A stretch of DNA of 64,000 bases, taken from contig CBDCOH010000002.1 in the NCBI GenBank assembly GCA_965219685.1, forward strand, positions 2,720,001 through 2,784,000, in the 5' to 3' direction. Below the pieces are notes generated by a model, which saw only the letters and a list, made by a program, of their open reading frames with translations, was not told the origin of the DNA and searched no databases. The DNA comes from Candidatus Spongiisociaceae bacterium. GTDB lineage: Bacteria > Actinomycetota > Acidimicrobiia > Spongiisociales > Spongiisociaceae. Positions 49,551 to 60,019 of this stretch are shown here, piece by piece. How positions within the stretch are numbered: the first letter of the stretch is position 1; every line of letters begins with the position of its first letter. Position numbers and translations under genes: made by a program.

Positions 49551-51707
49551 ACCGACCAATCCTTTGCTCTCGGCTCGCCTGGTGTGGAGGATTGGCTCGG
49601 TGTAGCCCGAGGGTTGCGCGGTTCCCTCGAAGACAAGGTCGCAGGCTGCGCGGAAGGCCGGCCCATCGAACCCGGGCGCCATCGGTACGTAGGCGGCGTC
49701 ACCCGCGTTCTGGCGGTCGACCACCGCCGCCATGCGCTTCATCGTCTCCATGACCTGATCCTCGTCGACGACACCGTGGTGCATCCAGTTTGCGATGTGC
49801 TGGGACGAGATGCGACAGGTGGCCCGGTCCTCCATCAGGCCGATGTCGTTGATGTCGGGAACCTTCGAGCAACCGATCCCCTGGTCGACCCAGCGGACCA
49901 CGTAGCCGAGGATTCCTTGGGCGTTGTTGTCGAGCTCGGCCGCGATCTGCTCCGGTTCCCAGTTAGCGTCAACGGCCACGGGGATGTCGAGCAGGTCGGT
50001 CATCGGGCGTGGTTGGCGGCCTCGAATCTCCTGCTGGCGCCGGGCCACATCCACCTGGTGATAGTGGGTGGCGTGGAGGGTGGCGGCTGTGGGGGATGGA
50101 ACCCACGCGCAACTGGCCCCGGCCCTGGGATGTCCGATCTTTTGCTCCAGCATCGCCGCCATCAGGTCGGGCGCGGCCCACATACCCTTGCCGATCTGGG
50201 CTCGACCGCTCAACCCGCAGGCCAAGCCGACGTCGACGTTCCAGTCCTCGTAGGCATCGATCCAGACCTGGTTCTTCATCTCGGTCTTCCGGACCATCGG
50301 GCCGGCTTCCATGGAGGTGTGTATCTCGTCGCCGGTCCGGTCGAGGAAGCCCGTATTGATGAAGACGAGCCTCGACTTGGCGGCCCTGATGCACTCCTTC
50401 AGGTTGAGGGTGGTCCGCCGCTCCTCGTCCATCAGGCCGATCTTGATGGTGTTCGCCGGCAGGCCCAGCACCTCTTCCACCCGCCCGAACACCTTGTCGG
50501 TGAAGGCGACCTCAGCAGAGCCGTGCATCTTGGGCTTGACCACGTAGAGAGACCCCTTCCTGCTATTGCGGCCGGAGTTGTCGCCGCGCAGATCATGACA
50601 GCCGATGAGCCCTGTGATCATCGCGTCGACGAGTCCCTCGAAAGCCTCGCCGCCGTCCTGGTCGAGGATGGCAGGCGTCGTCATCAGGTGCCCGACGTTG
50701 CGAACCAGGAGAAGCGAGCGGCCGGGGAGGGTCAGCGGACTCCCGTCGACGCCAATGAAGGTGCGGTCCTCCGCCAGCCGTCTCGTGAAGGTTCTCCCGC
50801 CCTTGGTCACCTCCGCCGTCAGGTCACCCTTGATCAGACCCAGCAGGTTGCGGTAGGCAACGACCTTGTCGGCCGCGTCGACCGCAGCGATCGAATCCTC
50901 GAGATCCATGATGGTGGTCACCGCCGCCTCCAGCACGATGTCTGCGATGCCGGCCGGGTCGGAGGTGCCGACGGGATGGCCCCGATCGATGACGATCTCG
51001 ATGTGGAGACCGTTGTTGCGCAACAGGACCGAGCTGGGCTCCACCGGATCCCCGAGGTACCCCACCAGCTGCGACGGCCGCCTCAGGCCGGTCGCACGGC
51101 TGAGGATCTGGCGGACCAACAGCTTGCCGTCATGGACCGAATAGTGGATTGCGTCCCCGTGCTTCCCATCGGCGAGCGGAACCACATCGTCGAGGAAGCG
51201 GCTGCACCAGGCGACCACCTTGTCGCCCCGCCGCTGGTCGTAAGCGCCCGCCCCGGGCCGGTCGCCGAGAGCATCCGTACCGTAGAGAGCGTCGTACAGG
51301 GACCCCCACCGGGCGTTGGTGGCGTTGGTGGCGAACCGGGCGTTCATCACCGGCACGACCAGTTGCGGTCCGGCCACGGAGGCTATCTCGGAGTCGACAC
51401 CGGCTGTGTCGATGCTGAAGCTCCCACCCTCCGGTTCGATGTAGCCGATCTCCTCGAGGAACTCCCGGTATGCACTCCGGTCGAATCCCCCGTCCCGACG
51501 GCCGAGGTGCCACGAGTCAATCTGTGCCTGGAGAGCGGCCCTCCGCTCGAGCAGATCCCGGTTGATCGGACCGCAGTCGTGTACGAGTTCGGCTAGGCCT
51601 CTCCAGAAAACCGCAGGATCGACAGCGCTGCCGGGTAGGGCTTCGTCGGTTACGAACCCGAAGAGATCCGCGGCAACTTCCAGCCCCTCGACGTTGAGGG
51701 CGTTCAT
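49548..51707 (-). CDS. glcB: malate synthase G
   Basis: [53 protein letters not shown]. Confidence 0.97.
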   Translation of the reverse strand: MNALNVEGLEVAADLFGFVTDEALPGSAVDPAVFWRGLAELVHDCGPINRDLLERRAALQAQIDSWHLGRRDGGFDRSAYREFLEEIGYIEPEGGSFSIDTAGVDSEIASVAGPQLVVPVMNARFATNATNARWGSLYDALYGTDALGDRPGAGAYDQRRGDKVVAWCSRFLDDVVPLADGKHGDAIHYSVHDGKLLVRQILSRATGLRRPSQLVGYLGDPVEPSSVLLRNNGLHIEIVIDRGHPVGTSDPAGIADIVLEAAVTTIMDLEDSIAAVDAADKVVAYRNLLGLIKGDLTAEVTKGGRTFTRRLAEDRTFIGVDGSPLTLPGRSLLLVRNVGHLMTTPAILDQDGGEAFEGLVDAMITGLIGCHDLRGDNSGRNSRKGSLYVVKPKMHGSAEVAFTDKVFGRVEEVLGLPANTIKIGLMDEERRTTLNLKECIRAAKSRLVFINTGFLDRTGDEIHTSMEAGPMVRKTEMKNQVWIDAYEDWNVDVGLACGLSGRAQIGKGMWAAPDLMAAMLEQKIGHPRAGASCAWVPSPTAATLHATHYHQVDVARRQQEIRGRQPRPMTDLLDIPVAVDANWEPEQIAAELDNNAQGILGYVVRWVDQGIGCSKVPDINDIGLMEDRATCRISSQHIANWMHHGVVDEDQVMETMKRMAAVVDRQNAGDAAYVPMAPGFDGPAFRAACDLVFEGTAQPSGYTEPILHTRRAESKGLVG

Positions 51708-51729
51708 AGGGATAGCGATGCTAGTCGGA

Positions 51730-52950
51730 TCAGGGCCGGCGGTGCACCAGGTCCCTCGTGATCTCCGACACGGACCGTACCCCGGTCAGCGCCATCGATC
51801 GCCGCATCCCCTCCTCGAAGAAGTCGAGAACCCACTCGACACCCTTGAGGCCCCCCGCCCCGAGCCCGTACAGGTAGGGCCGGCCGACCATGACCGAGTC
51901 GGCGCCGAGAGCGATCGCCTTGATTATGTCGGCGCCGCGCCGGACCCCTCCGTCACAGATGATCTCGACCGAGTCCCCGACCTCCTGCGCGATCGGTTCG
52001 ATCATCTCGATGGCCGTCGGCGCGCCTTCCAGCTGCCGCCCTCCGTGGTTCGACACACAAATCGCCTGTATGTCGTGCTCGACGGCACGGCGCGCATCGG
52101 CGACCGACTGTATGCCCTTGATGATCATCGGGCCGTCCCACAGCGACCGGAACCACTCGATGTCATCCCACGAGAGGCTTGCGTCGAACTGATCGTTGAC
52201 CAGCGTGGAGAGCGCCACCGCCGTCGTCCCGTCCTCCTCGTGGAAGCCGACGACGTTGGAGAAGGTGATCGGGTCAGCGTTGAGGAAACGCCAGGTCCAG
52301 CCCGGTTTCCGGATTCCTTCGAGCATCATGCCGAGACCGAGTTTGGGAGGCAGTGTCATCCCGTTTCGGACATCCCGCTCGCGGCGGCCGGGAACCACCA
52401 GGTCGACCGTGATACACAGCGCCTCGTACCCTGCGGCCTTGGCTCGTTCGATCATGTTGCGGACCAGGCCTCGGTCCTTCCACACGTACACCTGGTACCA
52501 GTTGCGGCCTCCCGCCCCGGCGTCGGCCACCTCCTCGATCGATCGGGTGCCGAGCGTCGACAGGGCGTAGGGTACGTTCCTCGCCGCCGCGGCCCGGGCC
52601 ACCGACAGTTCGCCCGGCGGATCGACGATCCGGGTGAATCCGGTGGGCGCGAGGATCAGAGGGAAGGGTGCCCTCTGTCCCAGAATCTCCGATGACGTAT
52701 CGATGCTGCTCACATCCCGCATCACCGACGGTACGAACTCCCAGTTGTAGAAGTCCTGCTCGTTCCGCGCGTAGGTCACCTCGTCCTCGGCACCCCCGTC
52801 TACGTAGTCAAAGACCCCTTGGGGAAGCCGCTTCTCGGCGATGGCGCGTAGGTCCTTGATATTGGCTGCCATCTGCATTCGGCGCAGGTCCGGGTCGCGC
52901 TGGAACGAGCGGAAACGAACCACCGACCGCATAGTTCTTATCATTCCCAT
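51730..52950 (-). CDS. FMN-dependent alpha-hydroxy-acid oxidase/dehydrogenase (LldD/glycolate oxidase family)
   Basis: [31 protein letters not shown]. Confidence 0.93.
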   Translation of the reverse strand: MGMIRTMRSVVRFRSFQRDPDLRRMQMAANIKDLRAIAEKRLPQGVFDYVDGGAEDEVTYARNEQDFYNWEFVPSVMRDVSSIDTSSEILGQRAPFPLILAPTGFTRIVDPPGELSVARAAAARNVPYALSTLGTRSIEEVADAGAGGRNWYQVYVWKDRGLVRNMIERAKAAGYEALCITVDLVVPGRRERDVRNGMTLPPKLGLGMMLEGIRKPGWTWRFLNADPITFSNVVGFHEEDGTTAVALSTLVNDQFDASLSWDDIEWFRSLWDGPMIIKGIQSVADARRAVEHDIQAICVSNHGGRQLEGAPTAIEMIEPIAQEVGDSVEIICDGGVRRGADIIKAIALGADSVMVGRPYLYGLGAGGLKGVEWVLDFFEEGMRRSMALTGVRSVSEITRDLVHRRP

Positions 52951-53172
52951 AGCGATGAATAGTACCTGCTAGAAACCAACCTGGGGTACCGACACGGGCC
53001 GCTGCAGTCCCTTCGGGATGCCCCTCCACGTCCAGGGCGCGGGAAGGAACGCGCCAGAGAAACAGGCTGTCGGATCCCGTGAACGGACTCGTGCGTTCCA
53101 AGCCCCCGCGACCCGGCGAACAGCAAAGGCTCTCGGGGCCGGCGAAGGCGGACCCGGGCCGGCGGCGTGCAG

Positions 53173-53916
53173 CTACCGGGTGCTTCGGCGCAACCGGCGG
53201 GCTCCCCATGCGTAGCGAGGGTGCGCACCCGCCGGTGGCCAGTAGTCGTCCTTCCGGTAGGCCCAGTACTCGAAGGGATTGTCGTAATAGGCAATGGTCT
53301 CGACAACCTTCCAGACATGCCTCCGCTCGCCTACCAGTGACACCACCAGGCCCACAACGGCGCCGATGCTCATCCAGGCCAGGTAGACCACCGGGTAGAT
53401 AGGACCCAGCAGACGGTTCTGGAACAGATGGGCGCCTTCGTGGACATCCACCAGCTTCCGCCGCCTCACCGCCCTCCGGGACTCACCCCGCAGACCGGCC
53501 GAGCCTCCCGCGCCGGACACCACGTTTCCCAGGGCAAGCGCGAAGCCCGGTCTCATGCTGAAGCCCTCCTCGTAGACGTGCCGGTTCGACCGCCTGCTCA
53601 TGCCCACGACGTACGAAGGATTCGGGTCAAACGCGTTGGCAAGGTGCAGCGCCAGCCCGCTCGCAGTGCCCACCAGTCCCCACGTCGAGTCGGCCAGGAA
53701 GCACAGCCACCCCCGGACACCCCGCCATTCATAGATTCCGACTCCTCCCGAGACCAGTCCGTTCAGCCCGCCGACAGCGGCTCCTGCGACGGCGGTTCCA
53801 GCCGCCACGACCTCGAGTTGGGACAGGGCCATCCAGCCCAGGCCGGCGCCCAACGCGCCTGTCGCCAAGCCTTCGAGGACAACACCTACCCGCCCGCGCC
53901 GACCGGTCCCACTCAC
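53173..53916 (-). CDS. glycine-zipper membrane protein with an HExxH motif
   Basis: GxxxG-rich N-terminus; DVHEGAHLFQ and NPFEYWAY; GTG overlaps the upstream stop. Confidence 0.7.
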   Translation of the reverse strand: MSGTGRRGRVGVVLEGLATGALGAGLGWMALSQLEVVAAGTAVAGAAVGGLNGLVSGGVGIYEWRGVRGWLCFLADSTWGLVGTASGLALHLANAFDPNPSYVVGMSRRSNRHVYEEGFSMRPGFALALGNVVSGAGGSAGLRGESRRAVRRRKLVDVHEGAHLFQNRLLGPIYPVVYLAWMSIGAVVGLVVSLVGERRHVWKVVETIAYYDNPFEYWAYRKDDYWPPAGAHPRYAWGARRLRRSTR

Positions 53917-54755
53917 AGGATGAAGCCCTTGTGGATGAGCGCCGCCACATCCATGGTGCCCGCCACCCCCACGTGAACGGCCACCCCCCACCAGATGGAC
54001 CGGCTCCGCAGTGACAGCGACCCGAGCACGGCGCCGCCGACGATGGCCGCCAATGCTTCCGCCATCGGCTTGCCGAAGTGGAGCATGTTGTACGGCACGA
54101 CCATCACGAACACCGCCATGTAGCCGAGTCGTCCGCTCAGCCCGTGAACCATGAATCCCCTGAAGAAGAACTCCAGCGCGGCGAACTGGAGTGCGTACAC
54201 CGCCCACCACAGTGCCATTTCGGGCCACAGTCCCTCCCCGGGAGCGAGATCGTAGAACGGATACTTCGCCTGGAAGGCGACGGTGTAGGACGCGGCGACC
54301 ACGAAGGGGACCGACACGCCGAGCAGCATCGCGTAGACCGGGGCGTGCCTGCCTATGCCCCTGATCCTCACCCCGTAATCCCGCACCCGCTCCTTCAACA
54401 CCAGCTTGATCGCCAGGAGCGGCGGCACCGTGTAGGCGATGACCTGCCCCACCCCCCAGAACAGGAGTCCGTTCCGCTGCCGGTACTGCGAGGTCTCGAA
54501 GGCCTCTCGAGCCCACTCCGCCAACCCGTCCAGTCCCACACCACCGATCAGGGTGACGAGCCAGTAGGGCTGCGACGTGGCGGCGAAGTTCAGGATCGTA
54601 AGGCTGAGAGCGGAGGTGACCAGCACGACCACCGCCTTGCGGTTGGCCTTTCCCCGCGGGGTAGCGGCCCGGTACGCGGCCGACTGATCGTCCCCATAGT
54701 CCTGGACGGCGGTCACGTACGATTTCCAGAAACGGCTGCCCATGATCGAACCCAT
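53913..54755 (-). CDS. CPBP (Abi/CAAX, Rce1-like) intramembrane glutamic protease
   Basis: LEFFFRG, HFGKP..E and SIWWGV.VH motifs; multiple TM helices; start uncertain. Confidence 0.85.
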   Translation of the reverse strand: MGSIMGSRFWKSYVTAVQDYGDDQSAAYRAATPRGKANRKAVVVLVTSALSLTILNFAATSQPYWLVTLIGGVGLDGLAEWAREAFETSQYRQRNGLLFWGVGQVIAYTVPPLLAIKLVLKERVRDYGVRIRGIGRHAPVYAMLLGVSVPFVVAASYTVAFQAKYPFYDLAPGEGLWPEMALWWAVYALQFAALEFFFRGFMVHGLSGRLGYMAVFVMVVPYNMLHFGKPMAEALAAIVGGAVLGSLSLRSRSIWWGVAVHVGVAGTMDVAALIHKGFIL

Positions 54756-55040
54756 CGGCGGGAAGGTTACGCACCCTTGCATTCGCCTTGGTCGGTACGC
54801 ACAGGTCCGCACCCCGTTTTCTCGTACCTCGAGCTCCGGGCCTTTCATGTTCCACCGGCCGGACACCGGAACGGTCAGCACCGATTCGCCCAGCACAGAG
54901 GGCAATTCACTGGGTAGCAGGACGGGATCTCTCGGCGCCGTCATCGGGAAACACGCGAGAAAAGCACGTGTGCCGTCCGGTCATAGTTAGCGCACATGTT
55001 TAGTATAGTTGGTTTATACCTGTTTTGGAGGTGTAGAACA

Positions 55041-55715
55041 ATGGTGTCGTCCACCTATGCAGGGTTCATTGACGCCGGATTTCTTCGCGCCGAGGGGGCG
55101 AGAGCCCTGGGCGAGAGCCCTCGCAACGTGCGGCTGGATGCGGAGGCGGTGGTCACTTGGTTCAAGGACGTCGCGTACCGGGAAGCCGGCACGTTCCTCA
55201 GGGCGTACTGGTATGACGCCAGGTTCGATCAGGGCCACGATCACGCTGACGGACAACGCCGGTTCTTCACAGCCCTGGCTCAAACGGCAGGTATCCAACT
55301 GCGCCTCGGACGTATCGTGGAACATAGGCCCTGGTTCGAACCTGGTATACGAGATGCGCTGAGAAGGACCGCAACCGGTTTGGGACTGGAACCCTCGTCC
55401 GTGATGGAGGAGTTCGAGCGGAACTGGACCTTCCGACCCGAGCGGAGGCAGAAGGGCGTGGACACTCTGGTGGCGCTGGACCTGGTCAGGCTCGCCGGCC
55501 GTCGGGTCTTCGACACAGCGGTGCTCATCTCGGGCGACCGCGACCTCGCCGAGGCGGTCCGCTCTGCGCAGGAACTGGGTGCCCGGGTGGTGGTCGCCAC
55601 CCCGGACCGCTACTGCGTCTCACGCGAGGTCATCGAACTCGCCGACAGGGTCATCGAGATCGACGAGGACGGGCTCCATCAGATACTCCCGCGGAGGGTG
55701 CCGTCGTTCCCCTGA
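55041..55715 (+). CDS. NYN-domain (LabA/DUF88 PIN-like) protein
   Basis: FIDAGFL, RAYWYD, QKGVD...ALD, ISGDRDL; RBS GGAGGT. Confidence 0.88.
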   Translation: MVSSTYAGFIDAGFLRAEGARALGESPRNVRLDAEAVVTWFKDVAYREAGTFLRAYWYDARFDQGHDHADGQRRFFTALAQTAGIQLRLGRIVEHRPWFEPGIRDALRRTATGLGLEPSSVMEEFERNWTFRPERRQKGVDTLVALDLVRLAGRRVFDTAVLISGDRDLAEAVRSAQELGARVVVATPDRYCVSREVIELADRVIEIDEDGLHQILPRRVPSFP

Positions 55716-55796
55716 TCGCCTTGACATAACCTACGAGCGCTCGAAAAACCTTGGCCCTCCCGCTATATGTCTGCGCGCCGGGCAGGAAGGACGGGA

Positions 55797-58106
55797 ATGG
55801 AAGGAACCGACCTCCTTCGGCTGATCGAACGCTGGCAGGACAGCACCACCTTCGGAGGCGACGTGGTCTACACGCGCCTCCTCCCCGCTCGAGAGGCCCG
55901 GTTCGAGGATCTCGTGCCGCCACCCACCGGCGCACTCGCCGACAGATTGGCCGCGAGAGGCATCAACCGTTTGTACCGGCACCAAGCAAGGGCAGTCCGC
56001 AACATCAGGGCGGGCAACCATGTGGTCCTGGTCTCCGGCACGGCCTCCGGGAAGACTTTGTGCTACCAGATCCCAATCCTCGAGCAGGTTCTACATGACC
56101 CGACCAGGACCGCCCTGCTCATGTACCCCACCAAGGCCCTGGCACAAGACCAGTTGGGCTCTCTCGACCGGTTCGCTATCCCGGGATTGGCGGCGTCCAC
56201 GTACGATGGTGACCTGCCGCCGCACCAGCGGAACCGGGTGAGAAAAACCGCCAACGTCGTCCTCACCAATCCCGACATGCTCCATTACGGGATCCTGCCG
56301 AATCACAGGTTGTGGGAATCGTTCCTCTCCCGGCTGGATCACGTCGTGATCGACGAGATGCACTACCTGCGGGGGGTGTTCGGAAGCCACAGCGCCCGGA
56401 TAGTCCACCGGCTCCGGCGCTTGGCGGCCCACTACGGATCGAGTCCGACGTTCGTCCTGACATCAGCCACTATCAGGAACCCCACCGAGTTAGCGTCACA
56501 CCTCACAGGGCTGGATGTGACGCTGTTGGAAGGAGACACTTCTCCGGCCGGGGAGAGGATGGTGGTCCTGTGGAACCCCCCTTTGGAGGATCCCGAGTCA
56601 GGTGTCCGGCGCTCCCCGATCTACGAAGCGTCACACCTTTACGTGGACCTGGTGCGCCGGGGGATCCGCACCATCGTGTTCGGGCGGAGCCGCAAGACGA
56701 CCGAGTTGATCCACATCGAATCCGCTCGGCGCCTCGGCAAGCTGGCGGATCGCGTCGCTCCCTATAGGGCCGGATACACGGCGGAGGATCGACGGGAGAT
56801 CGAGCGGCGGTTCTTCTCGGGCGAGTTGCTGGGCGTCACGGCCACTAACGCCCTCGAACTGGGGATAGATGTCGGAGGCCTGGACGCCGCTTTGCTCTGC
56901 ACCTTTCCCGGGACCATCTCCTCCTACCGCCAGCAATCCGGTCGCGCCGGAAGATCCCGCGAAACCTCCATGGTCGTGTTGATCGCAGGAGAGGACGCCC
57001 TGGATCAGTACTTCATGCGTCACCCCGATGAACTGCTGGCACGCCCGCCCGAGCCGGCGGTCATCAACCCCGACAACCCACGGATCCTCGATGTGCACGT
57101 GTCCTGCGCCGCCCACGAACTGCCCCTCGCCCTCTCCGACCGCCGGTACTTCGGTGAGGAGTTGGAGGAGGCCGCCCGCAGGCTGGTCCTCACGGGAAGC
57201 CTCCGGCATCGGCACGGGAGGCTCCACTGGACGGGCCGGCGATCACCGGCGCACCAGACGAGCCTCAGGTCCTCGGACAGACGCTCCTTCACGCTGTACG
57301 ACGTGCTGGCGAAGAAGGTCATCGGTGTGTTGGAGTGGGAAAGGGCCTTCTCCGACGCGCACGAGGGCGCCGTGTACCTACACCGGGGCGCCACCTACCT
57401 GATCGAACGCATGGACCTGCACCGCCGGGAGATACTCGCCCGGCCCGGTCCGGTGGGCTACTACACAGAGCCCTACATCGAGAAGGACCTGAGCGTGGTC
57501 GACACCGAGCGGTCCTCGGAGATCGGCCGGACGGCATGCCACCTAGGTCGGGTGAGGGTGGCGTCGCACGTGGTCGGGTTCCGGAACCGCTTCGAAAGGG
57601 GGACAGGCGGACACCGCGAGATCAACAGACTCGACCTACCCCCGGTGGAGATGGAGACCCAGGCGTTCTGGTTCGCACTTACCGACTCTCTCCTGGAAGG
57701 AGCCGGCCTCGAGAGCCGACAAGCCCCCGGAGCCCTGCACGCCGCCGAGCACACCATGATCGGCATGATGCCGCTGTTCGCGATCTGTGACCGCAGCGAC
57801 ATCGGTGGTCTCTCCACCGCATACCATCCCGATACCCGGGGCCCGGCCATTTTCATCCACGACGGGTACGACGGGGGAGCGGGTATCGCTCCCACCGCCT
57901 ACGAAACCGCTGGAGAACTGGTCGCCGCCACCCTGGAGACACTGCTGCAGTGCCCCTGCTCGACCGGGTGCCCTTCGTGTGTCCAGTCGCCCAAGTGCGG
58001 CAATTTCAACGAGCCTCTCTCCAAGATCGGAGCCATCCGGCTTCTCAACGCCTCGCTGGACGAGCCCGCTAATCCAGTCAATCGGTTGGGTGGATCGAAG
58101 CCCTAG
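55797..58106 (+). CDS. DEAH-box helicase with DUF1998 (MrfA/SftH/Hrq1 family)
   Basis: TASGKT, DEMH, SAT, TNALELGID.G, GRAGR, C-terminal CPC..GCPSCVQSPKC. Confidence 0.93.
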   Translation: MEGTDLLRLIERWQDSTTFGGDVVYTRLLPAREARFEDLVPPPTGALADRLAARGINRLYRHQARAVRNIRAGNHVVLVSGTASGKTLCYQIPILEQVLHDPTRTALLMYPTKALAQDQLGSLDRFAIPGLAASTYDGDLPPHQRNRVRKTANVVLTNPDMLHYGILPNHRLWESFLSRLDHVVIDEMHYLRGVFGSHSARIVHRLRRLAAHYGSSPTFVLTSATIRNPTELASHLTGLDVTLLEGDTSPAGERMVVLWNPPLEDPESGVRRSPIYEASHLYVDLVRRGIRTIVFGRSRKTTELIHIESARRLGKLADRVAPYRAGYTAEDRREIERRFFSGELLGVTATNALELGIDVGGLDAALLCTFPGTISSYRQQSGRAGRSRETSMVVLIAGEDALDQYFMRHPDELLARPPEPAVINPDNPRILDVHVSCAAHELPLALSDRRYFGEELEEAARRLVLTGSLRHRHGRLHWTGRRSPAHQTSLRSSDRRSFTLYDVLAKKVIGVLEWERAFSDAHEGAVYLHRGATYLIERMDLHRREILARPGPVGYYTEPYIEKDLSVVDTERSSEIGRTACHLGRVRVASHVVGFRNRFERGTGGHREINRLDLPPVEMETQAFWFALTDSLLEGAGLESRQAPGALHAAEHTMIGMMPLFAICDRSDIGGLSTAYHPDTRGPAIFIHDGYDGGAGIAPTAYETAGELVAATLETLLQCPCSTGCPSCVQSPKCGNFNEPLSKIGAIRLLNASLDEPANPVNRLGGSKP

Positions 58107-58162
58107 GCCCTAACAATCGTACCCTAGGTCGGCAGACTCCGCTGCAAGACCCACTGCAGCAT

Positions 58163-58325
58163 CGATAATGAGAATCACTAACTAAGCGAGGGCCGAGCTT
58201 TCATGAAAAAGGGGCTGACAATACCGTCCTCAACGATAACGAGAATCACTAACTAAGCGAGGGCCGAGCTTCGCAAAAGGGCTAACTATCCGGCGTTCTC
58301 CGAACAATAATGAGAATCACTTACT
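58163..58325 (+). promoter_or_regulatory. three Fur/Zur-like boxes (ATAAYGAGAATCAC) in a 71-bp-period tandem repeat
   Basis: Units start at 58163, 58234 and 58305; the first two share a 38-nt core with 1 mismatch; similar to the Fur-family consensus GATAATGATAATCAT. Confidence 0.7.
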
Positions 58326-58527
58326 GCCCCATGTGTCGACTTGAGACTGAGTGTTCAGGTTCCTACACAAGTCGATAACTCCGCCGTTCACTTGTGCTAC
58401 CGTACGCGCCGAGTCCCCCTATCCAGGTGCGCTCCGCCCGCCGATTGATCGTGGCAGATGAGCACCCTGCAAGTGGGATATCGTGACCGCATATGCGGGA
58501 TAACACCCGCAAAGTGGAGTTCGACAT

Positions 58528-59754
58528 ATGGGAAGCAAGACCTCACATCAGCACGAGGCCGGGGATCACGAGCATCATCATGCCGATCACGGGCATTTGC
58601 ACGACCCCCACGAGTGCGACACCCACGAACACCACGGCGATGATCCAAAGCATGTACACGACCCGCACGAGTGCGACACCCACGAACACCACGGGCACGA
58701 CCACTCGGGACACGACGACCACGACCACGACCACCACGGGCATGACCACCCGGGACACGACGACCACGACCACGACGACCACTCAGGGCATGACCACGAT
58801 GACCACGACCACTCGCACGACTACACGGATGTCAACCGGCGCAGCCTCGTCATAGCCCTCACCCTGATCGCGGGCTTCATGGTCGCCGAAGTAGTCGGCG
58901 GCATCTTGTCCGGGAGCCTGGCCTTGCTGTCCGATGCTGGGCACATGATCACCGATGCGGCGGCGATCGCCTTGGCGCTGGTTGCACAGCGGATGGCTCA
59001 GCGCGACGCGTCGGCCGAGCGCACCTTCGGATACCGCCGGGCGGAAGTACTGGCGGCGATGCTGAACGCCTTGAGCCTATGGTTGATCGCTGCCTGGGTG
59101 TTCTTCGAGGCCTACCACCGCCTCAGGGACGTGCCGGAGGTCGAGGGTGGCCTGTTGCTCATCGTCGGGGTTCTCGGCCTTCTGGTGAACATCGCCGCCG
59201 CCTGGGTCCTCCACCGGTCGGCGGAGCACAGCATGAACGTCGAAGGCGCATTCCGTCATGTGATGGCCGACCTGATGGGTTCGGTCGGCGTCGTCATCTC
59301 CGGAGTCGTCATAATCACGCTCGGTTGGACGATCGTCGATCCCATCCTGAGCATTTTGATCGGGCTTCTGATCCTGGCCAGTTCCTGGCGCCTCACCGTC
59401 AAGGTGTTCCACGTGCTGATGGAGGCCGTTCCCGAGAACATCGACGTGTACGCGCTCTGCCACGAACTGGAGGAACAACCGGGTGTCACCCTTGTGCACG
59501 ACGTTCATGTGTGGACCATCTCCTCGGGGCACGAGTCGTTCACCGCTCACGTCCTCATCGATCCCTCCTACCAGGGGGACATGGACGATCTCATACACCG
59601 TATGCAGGCGATCGCCCGCCACAACTTCGGCATCGACCACATCACGATCCAAGCCGAGAAGTCGCTGGCGGGTTGTACCGAAAAACACCATGTCGGCCAC
59701 CTGATGGCAAGGAAGCGGGCCGGAAGGAAGAAGAAGAGGTTCGCCCTCGCCTGA
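58528..59754 (+). CDS. cation diffusion facilitator exporter (CzcD/ZitB-like) with a ~100-aa His-rich N-terminus
   Basis: SGSLALLSDAGHM.TD, TFGYRRAE, HVMAD, HDVHVW, HITIQ. Confidence 0.93.
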   Translation: MGSKTSHQHEAGDHEHHHADHGHLHDPHECDTHEHHGDDPKHVHDPHECDTHEHHGHDHSGHDDHDHDHHGHDHPGHDDHDHDDHSGHDHDDHDHSHDYTDVNRRSLVIALTLIAGFMVAEVVGGILSGSLALLSDAGHMITDAAAIALALVAQRMAQRDASAERTFGYRRAEVLAAMLNALSLWLIAAWVFFEAYHRLRDVPEVEGGLLLIVGVLGLLVNIAAAWVLHRSAEHSMNVEGAFRHVMADLMGSVGVVISGVVIITLGWTIVDPILSILIGLLILASSWRLTVKVFHVLMEAVPENIDVYALCHELEEQPGVTLVHDVHVWTISSGHESFTAHVLIDPSYQGDMDDLIHRMQAIARHNFGIDHITIQAEKSLAGCTEKHHVGHLMARKRAGRKKKRFALA

Positions 59755-59791
59755 CAGATGTATCACGAACCACAACGAAAGGAGCAACTAG

Positions 59792-60019
59792 ATGGGCGGA
59801 CATAACCCGCACGAGTGCGACACCCACGAACACCACGGCGACGAGCCGGGGCACGTGCACGACGACCACGAGTGCGACACCCACGAACACCACGCAGACG
59901 AACACGAGCATGACGAGCACGAGTGCGACACCCACGAACACCACGGCGACGAGCCGGGGCACGTGCACGACGACCACGAGTGCGACACCCACGAACACCA
60001 CGAGCACCAAGCAGCCTGA
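59792..60019 (+). CDS. 75-aa His/Cys/acidic repeat peptide (4x HECDTHEHH), putative metal-binding or storage peptide
   Basis: Strong RBS AAAGGAG upstream of the ATG; 24 His and 4 Cys; same repeat as the CDF N-terminus. Confidence 0.75.
   Translation: MGGHNPHECDTHEHHGDEPGHVHDDHECDTHEHHADEHEHDEHECDTHEHHGDEPGHVHDDHECDTHEHHEHQAA

Noticed and set aside
55797-58106. DISARM DrmB or other defence helicase
   Set aside because: No drmA/C/D or methylase nearby; sequence and tad-proximal position fit the housekeeping SftH/MrfA type
58163-58325. Mini-CRISPR (38-nt repeat plus 33-nt spacer)
   Set aside because: The two spacers resemble each other, the third repeat is only partial, and no cas genes are in the window; it fits a diverged tandem repeat of an operator-containing unit
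58331-58378. 15-aa ORF MCRLETECSGSYTSR and hairpin TCGACTTG..CAAGTCGA as a leader peptide or riboswitch
   Set aside because: No RBS and no match by eye to the NiCo riboswitch core; unsupported without comparative data
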